The position numbers and the translations under genes are program-made. A DNA stretch of 32,000 nucleotides from Alkanindiges illinoisensis DSM 15370 (GTDB lineage Bacteria; Pseudomonadota; Gammaproteobacteria; Pseudomonadales; Moraxellaceae), in assembly GCF_000619845.1 (NCBI RefSeq), contig NZ_KK211037.1, forward strand, positions 1 through 32,000, written 5' to 3'. Each line of letters starts with the position of its first letter. The stretch's first letter is position 1. Shown here in pieces: positions 27,301-32,000 of this stretch. The notes under the pieces are model-generated. The model worked only from the letters and a program-made list of their open reading frames with translations, was not told where the DNA came from and did not search any database.

Positions 27301-29976
27301 ATGCGCAGGCCTTGGCATCTTAAAACACGGGTTAGCACAACAATGATAAAAACGACTGGGCTAACCGGCCTCCTGTTACTGATCACTCAGGCAGCTCAAG
27401 CTCTGCCGGTTCCCGGTAGCCAGATTACCAATATTGCCAGTGGTGATTATGTTGATGAACAGGGCAATGTACAGGTTATCAATTCCAATCCGGTATCGCT
27501 GACCATCCAGAAAGTCTATGCACTCACCCTGCAACAAAACCAGCAGCAGGTTGCAACTCTGGGTGCCCCGGTGGCTTTTCCGCATTTACTCACCAATACC
27601 GGGAACAGTGCGGACCAGTATTTGCTGACTCTGACCCAGCTGAGTTCAGCCTTTAATATGATGGGCCTGTCGATCTATGCCGACCGCAATCAGGATGGCG
27701 TTGCAGATGACAATGTCAACCTGAACAACACGCAGGTGAGTCTGGAATCCGGTGAGTCACTGGCCGTGGTGGTGGTGGGTTCAGTCCCGGTCAATAGCAC
27801 CGCCGCCAGCCAGTCCAGCATTAGCCTGCAAGCTACCAGCCAGCAAAATCCGGCCTTAAACCAGCTGGTCACCGATGTGGTCACTGTGGTGGACCAGGCG
27901 GTGATTAATGTCACCAAGTCACAAAGCATTAGTAGTGGCAGCAATGGTGCCATTATTACTTATACCTTTACCTATACCAATACCGGAACTGCGGCCGGGC
28001 GTTTGTCCTTAACTGACCTGCTAAATGCCTCACTGCAATATCAGACTAACAGTGCGGTTTGGTCTAGCGGTACCACCTTAACCGATGCCGATGACAATGA
28101 AGGCAGCGTAAATGCCAACAATACGGGCATTAGTTATAAACTAGTGGGCAGTAGCCAGATTGAGTTTGGGCTGGACAGTATTGCGCCGTTAACCAGTGGT
28201 TCGGTAAGCTTTAAGGCAGTGGTTCGTAGTACGGCCGACAAGAAAATCCCCAATACCGGAAACTATAGCCAGTATAACGGCAGTAATACTACGCCAGTAA
28301 AAACCACCACCACCAATACTGTGGTGTTTACCCGTCAGGACCAGCTGGGTGTGGTACTTAACAACACCTCACTGTCCAGCAGCAATAACGGCAATCCGGC
28401 CAGCAGCCCGGACAACCTGATTGTTAAAAACGGCGTGGTGGCCGGACAAGAAGTCAGCTTTGACAACTATGTCTGGAATACTGGCAATACCAGTGATACC
28501 TATAATTTAAGCTACTCGGCCAGCAACCTACCTGCCTGTGCACAAGTACAGTTTTTTGCCGCTGATGGCAGAAGTCCGCTAAACGACAGCAATGGTGACG
28601 GACTGGTGGATACCGGTGCGCTGGCCAGTGGTCAGGCGCGCCTGATCAAGGTGGTGGTGATTACCACGCCCACCTGTAGCAGCAATAATGTAATCAATAT
28701 TGATGTGCAGGCGCGTTCTGCCACCAATAGCACGGTGTCTGATCCGGTGCGCAACCAGATCAACCAGATTGCCACTCAGGGCGCTACCGATTTGTCCAAT
28801 GCCAATGGCAGCGGTACTGGCGTTGGTAACATTGACAACAATGGCAGTGCATGGCTGGCCAAGTCTGTAGTGGCAGGTCAAAGCACTGCCTTTCCACTGG
28901 TAATTAACAACACAGGCACCAATAGCAACAATTACAACCTGATTGTCTCGGCCAGTGCCATTAGCCTGAATACGCTAAATACAGCCAGTAGTCTGCCCAC
29001 AGGCTGGGATGTCAAGTTTTATAATGGGGACGCCAGTTGCAGCACGCTGGGCCAGCAAATTGTTAATTCTGGCACTATAGCCGCTGGAACCAGCAAGACC
29101 TACTGTGCGGTGGTGACTGCCCCTGTTAATGCGTCACAAACGGCATTGCCACTGTGGTTTGCTATTGCTTCGCCAGTCAACGGGCAGGGTGATGTCATCA
29201 AGGATCAGGTTAATTTGCCGCAGGCACGCCGTCTTGAGCTAACCAATGACCAGCAGGGTCAGGTACGTGCAGGCGGCACCACAGTTTATTTGCACACCCT
29301 GAAAAATACTGGTGCAGTGACAGAAGGCCAGAATACCGGTGATGTGCTGCTAAGCCTGCAAGCCTTGAATGTCAATGATGGCTTTAGCTATACCTTATAT
29401 TTTGATGCCAACAATAATGGGGTGCTGGACAGTACCGATCCCATTGCCAGCGACCTGCATACCATTGCAGCCAGTGGTTTAAGCCCGGATCAGGCGGTGC
29501 AGTTGCTGGTTAAGGTACAGGCCCCCGCTACGGCCACTAATGGCATCCGCAGTCAGGTACAGATTGTGGTGACGCCAACCGGGCAGGTTACCGGCTTAAG
29601 TGCCAGCAGTGTGCAAAATACCGATAGCACCACCGTCAATCCCAACCAGTTACGGCTGACCAAGTCACAATCCAAAAATGAACTGTGTGCCAGCAGCAAT
29701 TTTACCAGTCTGACTTACAGCACCAGTGGCGTTCAGGTCAAACCCAACCAGTGTGTGGTGTACCGCCTGACCGTGCGTAATGAGGGCGCTGAAGCAGTGG
29801 ATGCCGTGGTGATTCAGGATATGGTTCCGGTATATACCACCCTGCTGACGCCACCGGGCGTGAGTGTCAGTCAGGGCAGCGTGACCGTCACCAATGGCCA
29901 GATTGCCGGTAACGTGGGCACATTGTTGCCGCAGCAGGAAGCTTCGCTGTATTTCTCCATCCGGGTTAATCCTTAA
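27301..29976 (+). CDS. large secreted repeat protein built of DUF11/CARDB-like Ig-fold modules
   Basis: 891 aa. N-terminal signal (..LLLLITQAAQA/LP). N/T/S/Q/V-rich with few charged residues. Repeated module signatures are (L/V)xNTGN..D.Y.L and TYT..NTG / V.NEG..A..V.I.D..P. No LPXTG, beta-barrel or RTX-type C-terminus is visible. Family assignment is from motif memory, not an HMM. Confidence 0.7.
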   Translation: MRRPWHLKTRVSTTMIKTTGLTGLLLLITQAAQALPVPGSQITNIASGDYVDEQGNVQVINSNPVSLTIQKVYALTLQQNQQQVATLGAPVAFPHLLTNTGNSADQYLLTLTQLSSAFNMMGLSIYADRNQDGVADDNVNLNNTQVSLESGESLAVVVVGSVPVNSTAASQSSISLQATSQQNPALNQLVTDVVTVVDQAVINVTKSQSISSGSNGAIITYTFTYTNTGTAAGRLSLTDLLNASLQYQTNSAVWSSGTTLTDADDNEGSVNANNTGISYKLVGSSQIEFGLDSIAPLTSGSVSFKAVVRSTADKKIPNTGNYSQYNGSNTTPVKTTTTNTVVFTRQDQLGVVLNNTSLSSSNNGNPASSPDNLIVKNGVVAGQEVSFDNYVWNTGNTSDTYNLSYSASNLPACAQVQFFAADGRSPLNDSNGDGLVDTGALASGQARLIKVVVITTPTCSSNNVINIDVQARSATNSTVSDPVRNQINQIATQGATDLSNANGSGTGVGNIDNNGSAWLAKSVVAGQSTAFPLVINNTGTNSNNYNLIVSASAISLNTLNTASSLPTGWDVKFYNGDASCSTLGQQIVNSGTIAAGTSKTYCAVVTAPVNASQTALPLWFAIASPVNGQGDVIKDQVNLPQARRLELTNDQQGQVRAGGTTVYLHTLKNTGAVTEGQNTGDVLLSLQALNVNDGFSYTLYFDANNNGVLDSTDPIASDLHTIAASGLSPDQAVQLLVKVQAPATATNGIRSQVQIVVTPTGQVTGLSASSVQNTDSTTVNPNQLRLTKSQSKNELCASSNFTSLTYSTSGVQVKPNQCVVYRLTVRNEGAEAVDAVVIQDMVPVYTTLLTPPGVSVSQGSVTVTNGQIAGNVGTLLPQQEASLYFSIRVNP

Positions 29977-30003
29977 GGCGCTAGAGATTAAAGGTAATTA
30001 AAC

Positions 30004-32000
30004 ATGATCACTTGTAATACTAGAGCGACTTTTGGTTCCAGACGGTTTTTATGGGCACAACTGGGTCTGCTGGCGTTAAGCATTGGTAGCCTGTTTTGCC
30101 ACGATGCACATGCTGCACCGCTGGCTGGCACGATTATCAGCAACATGGCTATTGGTGAATATAAGGAAGAAGGCTCAAGCGTGGTGCAAACCAGCCGCTC
30201 CAACCTGGTTCAAACCACCATTATTCCGGTTTATACCTTTACCCTGACCGCCAACCGTAGCGTGCAAGCCACTGCGGGCCAGCGGGTATTTTTCTCGCAT
30301 GAACTGAGCAATACCGGCAACAGCACGGATCGCTACAATTTAACTGCTGCCAACCTGACTGGTGATAATTTTGATTACAGCAGTATTGTGGTGTATCTGG
30401 ATGCCAATCGTGATGGCATTCCTGATGGCAGTGCAATTAGCAGTTATAGCCTGGCCGCTGGTGAATCAATAGGTTTGCTGGTTGGTGCCACCATTCCAGC
30501 CGGTAGCAGCAATGCGGCAACTGGTGATGTCCAGCTCACCGCCACCTCACAAACCAGCAGCCAGTCCCAGCAAAATACCGACCGCAGTACGGTGAGCAAT
30601 CAAGCCGTGATTCTGGTGCGCAAGTCATTTTCAGTCAGCACCGTTAATCAAAACCAGATTGTGACGGTGCGGCTGGATTATGAAAATCCCGGCGTGGTGG
30701 CCAGCGGGCAGGTTAGCATCAGTGATACCCTTAACGCTGCACAACTCTCCTATGTGAATGATGGCACTGAAAACTGGAATGGCCAGATTGTTGATCCTGC
30801 TACTGGTAGCAATGATCCAACAGGGATTAATTATTATTTAAATGGCAATACTATCAATGCGGTATTAACCAGTGTCCCGGCAGGTAGTTCCGGTTTTATC
30901 CAGTTTAAGGTTAAGGTGAACCAAGTATTACCCGGCCGTATTCCCAACACGGTGCAGGTGAGCTATGACCACGACAACAGTGCGGCCACCACCGATATTA
31001 GCACAAACAGTAACACGGCAATTTTAACCATTAATCCCAGTTATGGCGTGGAAATCAATGGCATTTCTACCAGTGCCAGCAGTGCTGCAGCCGATAATCT
31101 GGTAACAGCCCCTGCGGTCAGCTCCGGTGGCGAGCTGCTGTTTAGGAACTATGTGTGGAACACCGGCAATAGTGAAGACCGTTTTAATCTAAGCTTTACC
31201 AATGACAATTTCCCAACCCCGCATCAGGTGGAATTCTACCGTGCCGATGGCGTGACGCCGTTGCTGGACAGCAATGGCGACGGCATTACGGATACCGGAC
31301 TGTTACAGGCGGGTGAAAAACTGGAAATTGTGGTCAGGTTACGCACCCCAACCACCTTTGCAGCCAGCGCTACCACCAGCTATAGCCTGTTTCCAAAAGC
31401 GCAATCGCTGGGCAACAGCAGCAAAACCGATACCGTAGAAGATCGCGGCAGTATCATCATTACCGATGCCAGCCGACTGGTGGATTTAACCAACAGCCCG
31501 GAAACCAGCAACAACGGAACGGGCAATAGCAGTATCAAGAATGCAGGCAATCCATGGAAAACCCTCACCGGGAGCTCATCGGGCACGGTAATTTTTCCAT
31601 TGTCAGTCAAGCATATGGGGACGCCCACAGCGTATGCCTTGAGCGCCGATGCCGATGGCAATTTTACTACCGTGGACTTGCCGCAGGGTGTGGCTGCCAT
31701 TCGCTTTTACCAGTCAACCAGTAATAGCTGTACTACGCTGGGCAGTGAAATCCAGCAAACCCGCCTGCTGGCTGATGGTGAAAGCCAGTTGTACTGCGCG
31801 GTCGTGACATTAAAGGCTGATGTAGCCACTGCCAGCAATATTCCCGTGTATTTCAAGGTGGCATCCAGCACTTATGTAAGCAGTAATAACGCCAGCAATC
31901 CCGGCTTTGATACCCTGATGAATGCCATTAATATCAGCAGCCTGAATAGCACTGGCAGCGTGGTGCTAACACCGGATCTGCGCGGACAGATTGCCCCGAA
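30004..32000 (+). CDS. second large secreted repeat protein, paralog of the upstream gene (3-prime end beyond the window)
   Basis: Frame open from the ATG at 30004 to the window end (665 codons), so it is absent from the track. Signal peptide ..LLALSIGSLFCHDAHA/AP. Module order is colinear with the upstream protein (SNTGNSTDRYNL, NYVWNTGNSEDRFNLSF, FYRADGVTPLLDSNGDGITDTG, SCTTLG...LYCAVV). Confidence 0.7.
   Translation, partial: MITCNTRATFGSRRFLWAQLGLLALSIGSLFCHDAHAAPLAGTIISNMAIGEYKEEGSSVVQTSRSNLVQTTIIPVYTFTLTANRSVQATAGQRVFFSHELSNTGNSTDRYNLTAANLTGDNFDYSSIVVYLDANRDGIPDGSAISSYSLAAGESIGLLVGATIPAGSSNAATGDVQLTATSQTSSQSQQNTDRSTVSNQAVILVRKSFSVSTVNQNQIVTVRLDYENPGVVASGQVSISDTLNAAQLSYVNDGTENWNGQIVDPATGSNDPTGINYYLNGNTINAVLTSVPAGSSGFIQFKVKVNQVLPGRIPNTVQVSYDHDNSAATTDISTNSNTAILTINPSYGVEINGISTSASSAAADNLVTAPAVSSGGELLFRNYVWNTGNSEDRFNLSFTNDNFPTPHQVEFYRADGVTPLLDSNGDGITDTGLLQAGEKLEIVVRLRTPTTFAASATTSYSLFPKAQSLGNSSKTDTVEDRGSIIITDASRLVDLTNSPETSNNGTGNSSIKNAGNPWKTLTGSSSGTVIFPLSVKHMGTPTAYALSADADGNFTTVDLPQGVAAIRFYQSTSNSCTTLGSEIQQTRLLADGESQLYCAVVTLKADVATASNIPVYFKVASSTYVSSNNASNPGFDTLMNAINISSLNSTGSVVLTPDLRGQIAP

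Noticed and set aside
1-32000. Signs of a mobile element, genomic island, prophage or defence locus
   Set aside because: No integrase, transposase or recombinase, no tRNA attachment site, no flanking direct repeats, no cas/RM/toxin-antitoxin-like gene pairs, and no tRNA genes were found. Apart from the intergenic AT-rich tracts, composition looks uniform by eye. I could not compute GC skew or k-mer statistics.

Overview
This window looks like a core-chromosome segment of a roughly 50% GC gammaproteobacterium. The taxon is inference only. The two-ACT-domain SerB, a RibBA with a degenerate cyclohydrolase domain, and the ribBA-ribH-nusB-thiL-pgpA order look Moraxellaceae/Pseudomonadales-like. 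About 27 kb is ordinary housekeeping: the bioB 5-prime end with an SCP2 gene, serB, a divergent ytjB/ahpA-like gene, and a UPF0016/GDT1 transporter. Next come ribBA, ribH, nusB, a small roadblock/LC7 gene, thiL, pgpA, glmU, glmS and phrB. After those are two tandem FKBP/Mip-type PPIases, an SDR, an Lpd-like flavoprotein, an aldehyde dehydrogenase, an NSS transporter, zupT, fmt and rsmB. The last ~5 kb is different. A 0.5 kb AT-rich gap precedes two tandem paralogous genes for very large secreted N/T/S/Q-rich repeat proteins, and the second runs off the right edge. I saw no rRNA, tRNA, CRISPR array, transposase, integrase, phage gene or recognisable defence or toxin gene. Items not given by the ORF track: (1) a yybP-ykoY (Mn2+) riboswitch-like leader in front of the UPF0016 gene; (2) a degenerate ~60 bp tandem repeat and hairpin array filling the ribBA-ribH gap; (3) a 33-codon MetS-like ORF overlapping the NSS transporter stop; (4) the truncated bioB start; (5) a 59-codon ORF between zupT and fmt. 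I cannot demonstrate a new multi-gene system from this window. The best candidate for something under-described is the tandem pair of secreted repeat proteins, whose operon is incomplete here.
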